Counted from the stretch's first letter, positions 27,132 to 37,455 are shown. The stretch: 64,000 nucleotides of DNA from Candidatus Hadarchaeum sp. (GCF_038871235.1 NZ_JAVZIN010000005.1:1-64000); one strand, 5' to 3'. Translations and numbers: made by a program. Notes: generated from the letters alone by a model not told the origin.

Positions 27132-29335
27132 GCCTCCAGCACCTTTGAGTAATCAGGAGCATTCTGCTTCTGTAGGTAGAAATAGGTGTTATAGGCCCTG
27201 CTCACAAAGGGTAGCTCAAGGCAGCTGGAATCACCGGATTTCTTGGCCAGCATCAAGAGGTCGGATTTCATCTTTGCCTCTGCCAAGATTGAGGCGAGAA
27301 ATTCTTCCTCTTCAATTGCCAGCCGCTTACAAAGCGCTGGTATTAGCTGGCTACCGCCTTTCTCCGGAGGCAGAAACCTAATCGCTTTTGTCGCCTGCTT
27401 GATATCTACTTGAGATAGATCTTTGGAGTTCAACCTCTTGAGCAAACCGCTGGGACCAATCAAAAGCTTTGACTGCACCAGCCTATCGTGCTTACGATCA
27501 TCGACAAACAGCTCAGAATAGCTGGGCTCATCCTTCCAGTCCTTAAGAACCTCGGAAATCTCAACAATTCTCCTGATGGTACCGCTTGGTGAGGTAAACC
27601 TCGCCGTGCTTATGATAAAATCAATGTACTTGAAGGTGGCTTGGTGCAATCCCATTATGTGGACGATGAGGTCAAACATCTCCCGCTTACTCCTAGCGTG
27701 AAAGCTCGCCACAACAGGCTGGGAGCCCTGTCTAGCGGCAGCGCCCAGCGCTGCCCTTACTGCGTCCGCTGCCCTGACCTCCGTGATCAACCAATAGCTG
27801 GAGCCACCTCTAAGAAAGGCATTCACCTGCCGCTCAAGCTGCTCCGGGTCCGAAACCCTGACGTTGGCCAGCTTATAGCCGTGAGAAACAAAGTCCTCGA
27901 TGTGTAACTCCTCCGTGTCTTGAAAGGCTACGATCCTGTTGTGCGGGCCTATCTCCGGCACGTAGGTTTCGACTTGGGAAGTCTTCGCCGTGCCCATTTC
28001 TCCGATGACAAAGGCACTGGAGCCGATTCTCAAGACATTGCCTAGAAAGGAACTTGCCAGTGGCGAAAGAGTCCCCCGCTCCAAGAAGAGCGGCTGCGTC
28101 CATGGCTTGGAACGGCGCTTCCGAACCGCGATATCAACGCTGCGAGTCCATATGGCGGGATAGCGGCTCAAAAACAAACGCATCCCCAGTTCAGGTATTT
28201 CCGCATCCAGCTGGGGCCGGATTTCGTCAAACGATGTTCCCAATCTAGACGCCAGCGTTTCACCCAAGCCGAGCAGCGCGGGAGTGGTCCAATATATGCC
28301 GGTCTCCAATCTACCCCAGCGCTCGTGTTCCACGTATATCGGCTGGATCTCCGGCGGTGCGGCAATGAAGATATCAGTGATACGATCGTCGTGGCTAAAG
28401 GGCTCAAGCAGGCGATAGGTCAGCCAGTTGGCCATTAGCTCCGCCAGCCTGCGAACGCTGGCAGCAGGTACTGAAACCTTTTTCTCTCGCAGAATATGCA
28501 ACAGTGCATTGTACCATTCCTCGGCAAACGAGTAGCTGCGGGTCGAGTAGGCAAACCTAGCATGGCCGGGGGCTTCCTCAATCTTTATTCTGAAGGCGGA
28601 GTCCAACAACTCCAGCTGATCGGCGGGTAGGCTAAACTCGGGCAAAACCAGCTCGTAAAAAGGGACTGGGTTGTTTCGCTGCTCGTAGATATTCACCTTG
28701 CCACGGCCATCTGATAAATCGTAACTTTCTAACAAGCTGGCTTCGCGAGGCGGAGGATTCCATAAGCCCTCAATGAAGAAAGGCTTGATTCTGGCAGAAA
28801 AAACTTCATCGTAATTTTTCGATGAAAGTCGCTTAAACATCGGATTGCTTCCCAACGTTACCTTTATGGTGTCAACTAGTTTGAAATAATTTTCCTCGCT
28901 GCACTTTTTGCACTCAGAACTGCTCTTAATCCTAGAGACAACCAAGCTGTTATCAATGGGGCTAAGATCATGGGGATCTGCCATTATCTTATCCAAGGCC
29001 TCCGTCAGGGCGGCCATCCGGGTCTCGATGCACTTTTTACACTTTCCATCGCCTTCCTTTCCACCGTAAAGGGAGCGGTCGAGAGCAAGCTGCTCCGCCG
29101 CTGCTATTGTTCTGGCCAGCTTGGAAAGCTCACGTGTGCGATAAATCCTCACCGTTGGTTGTAGAAGGGTGACCTGATCAACCTCCGTTTCCGCACGCAG
29201 CCGGCTGAGGACGCAATAGCGGCACTTTGGTTCGTTAAGCGTGCACACAAAACCGCAACCGTGGCAATCAAACTCTGCCACCCTCAACGGACCGGAATCT
29301 TTAATTTCCAAACTTGGGCATTCCATACCGACCAT
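27104..29335 (-). CDS. Type II/IV secretion (TadA/VirB11-like) ATPase with Cys-rich N-terminus
   Basis: LEPF.HD.RITDI, P.LDA, Walker A-like GEMGTAKT, Asp box QDTEEL, TEVR, His box SFHA, RRIVEISEV. Confidence 0.85.
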   Translation of the reverse strand: MVGMECPSLEIKDSGPLRVAEFDCHGCGFVCTLNEPKCRYCVLSRLRAETEVDQVTLLQPTVRIYRTRELSKLARTIAAAEQLALDRSLYGGKEGDGKCKKCIETRMAALTEALDKIMADPHDLSPIDNSLVVSRIKSSSECKKCSEENYFKLVDTIKVTLGSNPMFKRLSSKNYDEVFSARIKPFFIEGLWNPPPREASLLESYDLSDGRGKVNIYEQRNNPVPFYELVLPEFSLPADQLELLDSAFRIKIEEAPGHARFAYSTRSYSFAEEWYNALLHILREKKVSVPAASVRRLAELMANWLTYRLLEPFSHDDRITDIFIAAPPEIQPIYVEHERWGRLETGIYWTTPALLGLGETLASRLGTSFDEIRPQLDAEIPELGMRLFLSRYPAIWTRSVDIAVRKRRSKPWTQPLFLERGTLSPLASSFLGNVLRIGSSAFVIGEMGTAKTSQVETYVPEIGPHNRIVAFQDTEELHIEDFVSHGYKLANVRVSDPEQLERQVNAFLRGGSSYWLITEVRAADAVRAALGAAARQGSQPVVASFHARSKREMFDLIVHIMGLHQATFKYIDFIISTARFTSPSGTIRRIVEISEVLKDWKDEPSYSELFVDDRKHDRLVQSKLLIGPSGLLKRLNSKDLSQVDIKQATKAIRFLPPEKGGSQLIPALCKRLAIEEEEFLASILAEAKMKSDLLMLAKKSGDSSCLELPFVSRAYNTYFYLQKQNAPDYSKVLEAWRSWLKKT

Positions 29336-29460
29336 AATACTCTAAGAGCGATAAAATAAAGCTACGCCTGTACGAAAGGCGGTCATTTAATTAAGAGCAG
29401 AAAATTGGTAACCTGACAACAAATTCTTTTTCCGGCTACAGTAATTGCTATTGGGGTTAA

Positions 29461-30306
29461 ATGGCTGAGGACCTGCGCGCAAGGCTAAAGAACTGCCTCT
29501 CCAACGATGAGCTAAAGTTGATCCGGGCCTTTGATGTTATCGGAGATATCGCCATCGTCAAGCTGCCCGAGCCGCTGCTTCCCAAAAAACACCTCATTGG
29601 AAAGGCGCTGATGGAAGTACAAAAAAACGTGAAAACGGTCCTCAATCAGGTTTCCCCGGTAAAAGGCGAATTTCGAACTCGGGAGCTGGAGGTAATCGCC
29701 GGAGAAAACAGGACGGAGACTACCTACCGTGAATCTGGCTGTGATTTTAAGGTTGATCTGGCAAAGGCCTATTTTTCACCGAGGCTGGCAACAGAAAGGC
29801 TCCGGGTGGCTAGACTAGTAAAACCGGGTGAAGTCGTGGTGAACCTGTTCGCCGGTGTCGGCAGCTATTCTATAATCATCGCCAAGCACAGTCAAGCTGC
29901 CCGCATTTATTCCATCGACATCAACCCCCATGCCTTTGAATACATGCAGACCAACATACGCATCAACAAGGTTGGAGACCGCGTGGTTGCTATCCACGGC
30001 GACGCTCGCGAAGTTGTGGAAAAAGAACTCGCTGGAAGAGCAGACCGCGTGCTGATGCCCCTGCCTGAGCTTTCCCGTGATTTTTTTGATGTAGCTTTAA
30101 AAACACTGAAGCCCACCGGCGGCGTGATCCACTTCTACGACTATGGTGAGGAACCTGATATCTTCGGGCCTTCGACCGCTTTCGTCAGAATTAAAGCTGC
30201 TGAAAGAGGATTTGAAGCCACCATACTGGGGGCAAGAAGGATTCGCTCATATGCCACACGATGCTATCACATCGTCTTAGATGTGGGACTAAAACCTGTG
30301 GGCTGA
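29461..30306 (+). CDS. Trm5/Taw2 (Met-10+) class I SAM-dependent tRNA-modifying enzyme
   Basis: FDVIGDIA, YFSPRL..ER, NLFAGVG, IDINP.A, ADRVLMPLP. Confidence 0.9.
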   Translation: MAEDLRARLKNCLSNDELKLIRAFDVIGDIAIVKLPEPLLPKKHLIGKALMEVQKNVKTVLNQVSPVKGEFRTRELEVIAGENRTETTYRESGCDFKVDLAKAYFSPRLATERLRVARLVKPGEVVVNLFAGVGSYSIIIAKHSQAARIYSIDINPHAFEYMQTNIRINKVGDRVVAIHGDAREVVEKELAGRADRVLMPLPELSRDFFDVALKTLKPTGGVIHFYDYGEEPDIFGPSTAFVRIKAAERGFEATILGARRIRSYATRCYHIVLDVGLKPVG

Positions 30307-30322
30307 AAAGTGACTTGCTGAA

Positions 30323-30514
30323 CTATTTTCCCTTTTTACTCAACCAGCGCCTTCTGATTTTCTTGGCCAGCTCTCCATTCTCGATAATAAGTGGCCCTCG
30401 ATAGCCACAGTCAACACAATCATAAACGGACCAAAGCTGGGGCAGTCCCGATGCCCATCTCAATCTACTTGAGCCACATCTGGGGCAGTGGCCGGGAGTT
30501 CTCCTTGATTTCAA
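30323..30514 (-). CDS. Small zinc-ribbon protein
   Basis: CPRCGS...YDCVDCGYRG. Confidence 0.75.
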   Translation of the reverse strand: MKSRRTPGHCPRCGSSRLRWASGLPQLWSVYDCVDCGYRGPLIIENGELAKKIRRRWLSKKGK

Positions 30515-30523
30515 ATTTCTACC

Positions 30524-31180
30524 TCAGATTTCAAGCAGGCGAAAGTTGGCTCTCTTACTTTCGTCAATTACAATCTCGGCCGCAAACCCCTTGACCATTG
30601 GACCTGGATTCACGACAAGTGTGCGGCCCAGCTGGTCAATCCCGCGACCTTCATGGACGTGGGCACAGAGGGCAAGCAGGGGTTGCCTTTGTTCGATGAA
30701 CTGGCGGATGCTTTTGCTACCCACATGGGTTCCTTCTCTGATCCGATCTACCTTGGTACCATGCGGCGGAGCGTGGGTCACGAGAACCAACTCCCCCACT
30801 GTCTCGCAAGAGACTGCAGCCAGCTCTTCCTGTATTTCCGCCTCGGTAAGCTCAAACGGTGTGTTAAACGGTGTGAGGTTTGAACCACCCAAACCTAAAA
30901 AATTTAAATCGCCTAGCTTAGCGCATCTGCCGTGAAGATTTACCCCCTTTTTATCCAAAACTTGAAGTATCGACTTTGGATCACAGTTGCCAGGCACGCA
31001 AAAACAGGTTGTACCTGATTCCTTAACCAAGTCCAGCAGACTCTCCGCCACCTCAGGCGGCCCAAAATTGGTGAGATCTCCGATTAAAACCAAGCAATCA
31101 TAGCCACCTTGGAGCAGCTTGGAGAGATTATTCTCTGCCCCTGAGTTCCCATGAAAGTCAGCTGCTGCCAGTAACTTCAC
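30524..31180 (-). CDS. Metallophosphoesterase (calcineurin-like)
   Basis: DFHG, GDLT, GNCD, THAPP, HVHE, NPG. Confidence 0.9.
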   Translation of the reverse strand: MKLLAAADFHGNSGAENNLSKLLQGGYDCLVLIGDLTNFGPPEVAESLLDLVKESGTTCFCVPGNCDPKSILQVLDKKGVNLHGRCAKLGDLNFLGLGGSNLTPFNTPFELTEAEIQEELAAVSCETVGELVLVTHAPPHGTKVDRIREGTHVGSKSIRQFIEQRQPLLALCAHVHEGRGIDQLGRTLVVNPGPMVKGFAAEIVIDESKRANFRLLEI

Positions 31181-31303
31181 ATAAACACCTAAAAGTAAGA
31201 GAATACTTGCCAATATTAAAAGTGTTTGCTCCAACACCTAGCCATGGGGACGCCCCGGCTGGAAAAACTTATATGAATTGGTGCTAAGTAGTTTTGATTT
31301 CCG

Positions 31304-32032
31304 GTGATCCGTTTGACCTCCAAACAGAAAATATTGGAAATTTTAAATTCGGCCAAAACTGAAAATCGGCGGGAACTCTCCGAAATGGAATCAAAAAGCC
31401 TTTTGGAGGCGTGGGGAATACCCGTCAACCGAACCGCCTTAGCAAGGGATGTCGACGAGGCTGTCCGAATTGGTCGAGAAATTCGTTACCCTCTGGTATT
31501 AAAGATAGCCTCACCTGACATCATCCACAAGAGTGATGCTAAAGGGGTTATGGTAGGAATAAGCTCAGAATTAGAGCTAAAGCAGGCTTTCAACGAAATC
31601 ATAAAAAATGCTCGGGAATACAAGCCCGGGGCAAGAATACTGGGGGTAACTATCCAGGAGTATCTGCCCCCCGCCCGCGAAGTCATCGTTGGAGCGATAC
31701 AAGACCCCTCCTTCGGAGCCACCGTTATGTTCGGATTGGGTGGAATCTGGGTTGAGGTGCTCAAGGACATCAGTTTCAGGCTCGCACCCCTCACCATTGA
31801 AGAAGCCAAGGAGATGATTAAGGAGATAAAGGGTTATCCTGTCTTAGCTGGAATCCGAGGCACTCCACCGGCGGATATTGAGGCCTTGGCCAGCTTAATT
31901 CAGAAAGTTGGACAGCTGGCCTATGAATTCCCAGAAATTGCGGAGATGGACCTAAATCCAGTATTTGTCTTCAACGAGGGGAAGGGGGCAGTGGCCGTGG
32001 ATGCTCGGATTGTCCTTGGAGAGGGCAAGTAA
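31304..32032 (+). CDS. acdB: ADP-forming acyl-CoA synthetase beta subunit (ATP-grasp)
   Basis: YPLVLKIASPDIIHKSD, DPSFG...MFGLGGI.VE.LKD, EMDLNP. Confidence 0.9.
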   Translation: MIRLTSKQKILEILNSAKTENRRELSEMESKSLLEAWGIPVNRTALARDVDEAVRIGREIRYPLVLKIASPDIIHKSDAKGVMVGISSELELKQAFNEIIKNAREYKPGARILGVTIQEYLPPAREVIVGAIQDPSFGATVMFGLGGIWVEVLKDISFRLAPLTIEEAKEMIKEIKGYPVLAGIRGTPPADIEALASLIQKVGQLAYEFPEIAEMDLNPVFVFNEGKGAVAVDARIVLGEGK

Positions 32033-33345
32033 TGTCAGCCGAGCTCAAACCACTCTTTGAACCTAAATCGATATTTCTAGTTGGAGCTTCAGAACTAACC
32101 GGGGAAGAAAAGATTTTCTCGGAACTGTTTCATTCGCTGGTGCAAAATATCTCCAGCTACAAAAAGGGAAAGGTTTTCCTAGTTGACCTCAGCGGTAGGG
32201 TCCAGAGCTGTTACAAAAGCGTGAGCAAAATCAAGGTTGGTTTGGACTTGGCTGTTGCCGTGCTGCCTGAGAAATTACTGGCTAGAAACCTGCATAAATT
32301 ACTTTCAAGGCAGCCGAAATTCCTAGTAATAGTAGCAAGCAAAGTAGGGGAAGAATTGGCAAAAAAGACGAGAAAAAAAACATTAATCATCGGACCGGAA
32401 TCAATTGGGGTGATCAACACAAAAAATGGCTTAATCGCCGTCCCGGGAAGGTGGCAGATTTTCAGCGGGGATGTTGCTTTTATTTCACAGGATAGTTGCA
32501 TCGCTGGGAATGTGCTTAGTCTAGCAACGACCACGGGAATCGGCAAATTGGTTAACGTGGATGAAAATTTTGGGATTGATGAATCGGACATCCTGACCTA
32601 CCTCTCAAAGGATAAAGAAACCAAGTGCATTTGCGTTTACTTAAAAAAAGTCAGGGACGGTCGGAAGTTCATAAGGGCCTTGTCTGAAACCGTCCCAGAA
32701 AAGCCCGTGATAGTTCTCAGCGGGTCAGTTGCTGGTGCAGAAATACTAGAGGCCGCGGTGAAGCAGGCGGGTGGAATCATCGTCCGCGACATCAGGGAGA
32801 TGCTGAACGGAGCTGCCGCGCTGGTAAGACAGCCATCCCTTCATGGAGAGAAAGTCGCCGTCATCACCAACGCCTCCGGGCCCGCGGAACTTTTTGAAAC
32901 ACACCTCTCGAGAAAAAACATGGTGCTGGCCAAACCGTCCCCAGAAACTGTAGAAAAAATACGAAAACAACACCCGCAGGCCGAAATATCAAATTTTATC
33001 GATCTGGGAAAAATGGCAGATGGTGATGTATACAAACGCGTTGCTGAACTGTTGCTCTCAGACGAAGAGGTAGATGGAATAGTGATGATAAATTCAATGA
33101 AACTCACCAGCTTCGGCCTCGAGGATCTTCGAAAAATCGCGGAGATCGCTAAAAAAATTAAAGAAAAGCCCTTAGTTAACGTTGCGCTCTGTGCCAATGA
33201 CAATGCCGCCTTCAAGGAGATTGTATCCGAATCTACGTTGCCAATTTACTCCCAAGTCGAAGAAGCTGCGGAAGCCATAGATATTCTAAGGTGCTGGGGA
33301 AAATTGCTCAGAAAAACTCCAACCTACTTGAACTCACCTAGGTAA
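32032..33345 (+). CDS. Degenerate ADP-forming acyl-CoA synthetase alpha-like subunit
   Basis: LFEPKSI.LVGAS, IIGP.SIG, AFISQ, VITNASGP recognisable; SHTG His loop absent. Confidence 0.75.
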   Translation: MSAELKPLFEPKSIFLVGASELTGEEKIFSELFHSLVQNISSYKKGKVFLVDLSGRVQSCYKSVSKIKVGLDLAVAVLPEKLLARNLHKLLSRQPKFLVIVASKVGEELAKKTRKKTLIIGPESIGVINTKNGLIAVPGRWQIFSGDVAFISQDSCIAGNVLSLATTTGIGKLVNVDENFGIDESDILTYLSKDKETKCICVYLKKVRDGRKFIRALSETVPEKPVIVLSGSVAGAEILEAAVKQAGGIIVRDIREMLNGAAALVRQPSLHGEKVAVITNASGPAELFETHLSRKNMVLAKPSPETVEKIRKQHPQAEISNFIDLGKMADGDVYKRVAELLLSDEEVDGIVMINSMKLTSFGLEDLRKIAEIAKKIKEKPLVNVALCANDNAAFKEIVSESTLPIYSQVEEAAEAIDILRCWGKLLRKTPTYLNSPR

Positions 33346-34662
33346 AAATTGGCCGTAGCCAGTTGACTGAACAACCTCTCCGCCTTGGGCAATTATCGCG
33401 CCTCTCAATATCGTCATAACGGGGATTCCCTTGACCTTCATGCCCTCAAAGGGAGTCCAACCCACCTTATAATGGAGCCTATCCGCTGAAATTTTGGTCT
33501 CACTTTTAAGATCCAGAACAGTCAGGTCAGCATCGGCGCCCTCCTGAATGGCTCCTTTACGGGGATAGAGGCCGAACAGCACTGCCGGCTTGGTGCACAT
33601 GCAACTGACCAGCTGCTCCAGAGTAAGCCTGCCCTTGGAAACGCCCTCACTGAGCATTATGGGCAAAAGGGTTTCAACCCCGGGAACTCCTGCAGGTGCC
33701 TCCCAAATGTCGACCCAACCCTTTTCCTTCTCCTCTTTGAGAGCAGGCGCATGATCTGTAGAAACGATATCTATAACTCCTTCTCTAAGTGCCTGCCAAA
33801 GCGCGGCCCGATCTCTATCCGATTTAATGGATGGATTCACCTTCAGATAGGGTCCCAATCTTTCCATATCCTCTGTGGTGAAAATTAAGAAATGAGGACA
33901 GGTCTCAGCGCTTACATGTACCCTTCTCTCCCTCGCCTTTTTAACGGCTTCACAGCCCTCACGCGTGGTGACATGGGCGATATGCGTCCAGCATTCCGTC
34001 CTTTCAGCTGATTTGAGGACCTTCTTTACCGCCTTTTCCTCCGCCTCGTTTGTGCGCGAAATAGCGTGGGCCAGAGGATCTTTTCTCTTTCTCAAGGACC
34101 TTAGGTTCTTGCCAAGGACCTTCTGGTCCTCCGCATGTATGATCGTTACCCCGCCGATCGCTTTAACATAACACATCAACTCTTCGATGTAATCATAAGT
34201 CATCTGGTAGGGCTCGCAGGTAAACGCCTTAAATGACTTTATACCAAAGGAGCTGATCTCTGGAACTTTCTTTATCGATTCCGAACTCATGTTACCCGCG
34301 TGTAAGGAAAAATCGGTGACGCTTGTCTTGCAGCCTAAATCAATGGCTTCCCCTATGCTAGAGCCGGAAACAACGGGTGTGTCTAACGGCATGACAATTA
34401 CCGTTGTCACACCTCCGGCTGCGGCTGCAGAACTACCGCTGGCGAAATCCTCGCGATTCATAAACTTTTTGTCATAAAAATGAACGTGGGAATCAATCAC
34501 TCCTGGTATTATTACCTTGCCCCTGACGTCTATCTCCTCATCTCCTTTGGGAAGACCGCTAACGGCAATTCTGCATATCCTTCCATTTTCAACTGAAATC
34601 TCGCCCTCCACCATGCCCTCAGGCAGAACTATTCTTCCGTTACGAAGGACTAAATCACTCAA
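33334..34662 (-). CDS. Cyclic amidohydrolase (allantoinase/dihydropyrimidinase/dihydroorotase family)
   Basis: PGVIDSHVH, AAAGGVTT, SFK, HAED, HIAHV, ETCPH, TDHAP. Confidence 0.9.
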   Translation of the reverse strand: MSDLVLRNGRIVLPEGMVEGEISVENGRICRIAVSGLPKGDEEIDVRGKVIIPGVIDSHVHFYDKKFMNREDFASGSSAAAAGGVTTVIVMPLDTPVVSGSSIGEAIDLGCKTSVTDFSLHAGNMSSESIKKVPEISSFGIKSFKAFTCEPYQMTYDYIEELMCYVKAIGGVTIIHAEDQKVLGKNLRSLRKRKDPLAHAISRTNEAEEKAVKKVLKSAERTECWTHIAHVTTREGCEAVKKARERRVHVSAETCPHFLIFTTEDMERLGPYLKVNPSIKSDRDRAALWQALREGVIDIVSTDHAPALKEEKEKGWVDIWEAPAGVPGVETLLPIMLSEGVSKGRLTLEQLVSCMCTKPAVLFGLYPRKGAIQEGADADLTVLDLKSETKISADRLHYKVGWTPFEGMKVKGIPVMTILRGAIIAQGGEVVQSTGYGQFLPR

Positions 34663-34684
34663 AAAAATACACCCCAGACAAAAA

Positions 34685-34897
34685 TTATTTGGGTATGGCC
34701 GCAACAGCCGCTCTTATATCCTCTTTACTTAATGTCTTAGCCCCACGATGATCCCTGAGCTTTACGGCCTCCCTAGCCACCCTCAGCGCGTAATCCTCAA
34801 GGACGACACTCAACTCTAGGGCGGCGTCCCGCGAAACGCGAACCTTAGCTGCCCTCTTGATCAGCTTAATCATGGTAGCTATCAAAAACTCCGGCAT
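34685..34897 (-). CDS. Archaeal histone (HMf-type, divergent)
   Basis: 70 aa; LIK.A..RVS.DA...L...LE......A.EA.KL..H.G.KT...EDI. Confidence 0.85.
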   Translation of the reverse strand: MPEFLIATMIKLIKRAAKVRVSRDAALELSVVLEDYALRVAREAVKLRDHRGAKTLSKEDIRAAVAAIPK

Positions 34898-34990
34898 TTT
34901 CTCTTAAATCAGTGGAACATTCTGATATTTTAACCTGTTGTCTATTCACTAAGGTTTAAACCTACCACAACCATTTCACTAAGGGGTTGA

Positions 34991-36337
34991 ATGGTCGAAC
35001 TTTTGATAAAAAATGGTCTTATTGTAACGATGGATAAAGATCGAAGAATCATTGCCGAGGGCTCCATAGCTATTGATGAGGGCCGGATTGTCTCCGTCAA
35101 AAAAGGCTCAACTACAAAGAGCAAACCTGAGGAGATGATAGACGCCAGAGGAAAAATCGTCATGCCGGGGCTCATTTGCTCACACACCCACCTTTACGGG
35201 ATGCTGCTCCGGGCTGCCCCGCTCAGGATAGAGCCGCCAACCGATTTTTCACAAATACTTCAGCGAGTCTGGTGGCCTATGGACGAAGCCATGACTAAGG
35301 AGGACGCCTACGCTAGCGCTCTAATCTCCTGTCTCGAGTTCATAAAAACCGGGACCACGTTGTTTGCCGACACCTTTTCGGGCCCCAATGCCCTTCCCGG
35401 GGTCCTCGACAGAATTTCAGCTGCTGTGGAGCAGTCGGGTATGCGAGGCATCATCTCATTTGAAGCCACAGAAAGACACACTCACGCCGAGGGGGCAAGA
35501 GGAACCAAGGAAAACGAACGATTCATCCTGAAGGCAAAGAAGGAAAGGAAGCACCGAGTTCATGGGATGTTCAGCATCCATGCCTCTTTCACCGTATCCG
35601 ATGAGCTTTTCAGATACGTCAGAGAGCTGGCCAGTCGCTACAAAGTTCCGCTGACAATCCACGTCTCTGAGGGACTATGTGATCTATATCACAACTACGA
35701 GCGCTACGGAAAGCGAACAGTTGAAAGGCTCCAAGATGCGGAAGTTCTCGGCCCTGATGTCGTGCTGGCGCACTGTGTGCATGTCAACGATGAAGAACTG
35801 GCTATAATCAAGAAGACCGGGGCCAAGGTAGCCCACAATCCCATGAGCAACATGTTAAATGCGGTGGGCGTAGCGCCAGTGGTTAAGATGCTGAACATGG
35901 GAATTTCAGTTGGCCTAGGAAACGACGGTTATATTTTTGACGGCTTCGAAAATATTCGTGCGGCTTTCCTTTTGCATAAAATTGGGCTCAGAGACCCCCG
36001 GGCGATATCCGCCATGGAGGCTCTGGAGATGGCCACCATCAAAGGTGCGGAACTTTACGGACTTGAAAACGAGCTCGGCTCCATCGAACCTGGAAAACTG
36101 GCTGACTTAATTATCGTTAACCCCAAAAGAGCACCAACGCCTATTGTCCCTGAAAGCGTGATCGGACATCTGGTCAACACTGCCAGCGGTAATGACGTCG
36201 AAACGGTAATAGTTGGTGGAAACATACTTATGCGGGACAGAAAGATGCTATCGATGGAAGAGGAGGAAGTAATCAAGACCTCGAGAAAATCCGCCGAGAA
36301 GCTCTGGCAAAAGTTGGGAGCTATAAAAAAGAGATGA
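34991..36337 (+). CDS. SsnA/5'-deoxyadenosine-deaminase-like amidohydrolase
   Basis: PGLICSHTHLY, IHVSEG, AHCVH, HNPMSNM.N.VG, GLGNDG. Confidence 0.85.
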   Translation: MVELLIKNGLIVTMDKDRRIIAEGSIAIDEGRIVSVKKGSTTKSKPEEMIDARGKIVMPGLICSHTHLYGMLLRAAPLRIEPPTDFSQILQRVWWPMDEAMTKEDAYASALISCLEFIKTGTTLFADTFSGPNALPGVLDRISAAVEQSGMRGIISFEATERHTHAEGARGTKENERFILKAKKERKHRVHGMFSIHASFTVSDELFRYVRELASRYKVPLTIHVSEGLCDLYHNYERYGKRTVERLQDAEVLGPDVVLAHCVHVNDEELAIIKKTGAKVAHNPMSNMLNAVGVAPVVKMLNMGISVGLGNDGYIFDGFENIRAAFLLHKIGLRDPRAISAMEALEMATIKGAELYGLENELGSIEPGKLADLIIVNPKRAPTPIVPESVIGHLVNTASGNDVETVIVGGNILMRDRKMLSMEEEEVIKTSRKSAEKLWQKLGAIKKR

Positions 36338-36341
36338 TAAA

Positions 36342-37430
36342 ATGGTGGATCTCTCCGTTGAAATTTGTGGATTGAAATTCAAGAACCCAATAATGCCCGC
36401 AGCCGGGCCAACCGTCCGTGACGCTGACAGCATGCTCAAAGCTGTGGAAGGAGGAGCTGGCGGCCTTGTTGCCAAAACTATCAGCGTTACTCCAGCCCAA
36501 GTACCACGCCCTTGTATTGTAAAGATAAAAGACAGCATTCTAAATGCCGAGCTCTGGTCCGACCTTCCAGTGGAACAGTGGTTGAAAGTTGAATACAAAA
36601 AGGCCAAACAGGCGGGTGTCCCGCTGATAGCGAGCATCGGTTATAAGGCCGATGAAATCAGAGAACTCGCGCCCAAGGTAGCCGCGGCAGGTGTAGACGC
36701 GCTGGAAATTTCTACCCACTACTTGGGAAACGACCCCACCCCAATAGCCGAGGCCACAAAAGCCGCCAAGGAAGTAGTTGACATTCCTGTGTTCGTCAAA
36801 CTCAGCCCAAACGTGCTTGACATCAGCCAGTTTGCCAAGGCTGTTGAAAAGGCAGGCGGGGATGGCATCGTTGCAATAAACACTTTGGGTCCATGCCTCG
36901 CCATTGAGATAGAAAATGCCATGCCCATGCTCGGAAGCGCCCACGGCTATGGCTGGCTCTCAGGACAGGCCATAAAACCCCTAGCGGTTCGGTGCGTGGC
37001 CGACATTGCCCGCGCGGTCAAGATACCGGTAATCGGTGTGGGTGGAATTACTACTGGAAGGGATGCCATTGAGTTCATCATGGCCGGAGCCTCTGCCGTT
37101 CAGTTATCAACCGCGGCTATTATCCGGGGACATAAAATATACGGCATAATTGCCGATGAAATGGCCAAGTTCATGAAGGCAAAAGGATACAACACCATAA
37201 ATGAGATCAAGGGTATGGCACTTCGACATCTTCCGGATCAACCATTGCGTGTAACACCAAAGCCAGTCGAGGTCATTGCCTCAAAATGCACGGCCTGCGG
37301 GCTCTGTGAAAGACACTGTCCCTACAACGCCATCAGGGTCATTGGTAGGGTGGCAAAGGTTGACGCCGCTAGGTGTTATGAATGCGGCCTATGTGTATCC
37401 GTTTGTCCCACTAGAGCCATTAGATATTAA
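36342..37430 (+). CDS. Dihydroorotate/dihydropyrimidine dehydrogenase-like FMN protein with C-terminal 2x[4Fe-4S]
   Basis: KNP..PAAGP, KT, VKLSP, INT, GWLSG..IKP, GVGGI; CTACGLC..HCP and CYECGLCVSVCP. Confidence 0.85.
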   Translation: MVDLSVEICGLKFKNPIMPAAGPTVRDADSMLKAVEGGAGGLVAKTISVTPAQVPRPCIVKIKDSILNAELWSDLPVEQWLKVEYKKAKQAGVPLIASIGYKADEIRELAPKVAAAGVDALEISTHYLGNDPTPIAEATKAAKEVVDIPVFVKLSPNVLDISQFAKAVEKAGGDGIVAINTLGPCLAIEIENAMPMLGSAHGYGWLSGQAIKPLAVRCVADIARAVKIPVIGVGGITTGRDAIEFIMAGASAVQLSTAAIIRGHKIYGIIADEMAKFMKAKGYNTINEIKGMALRHLPDQPLRVTPKPVEVIASKCTACGLCERHCPYNAIRVIGRVAKVDAARCYECGLCVSVCPTRAIRY

Positions 37431-37455
37431 GACCATCGCCTTGGGTGGTAGAATC

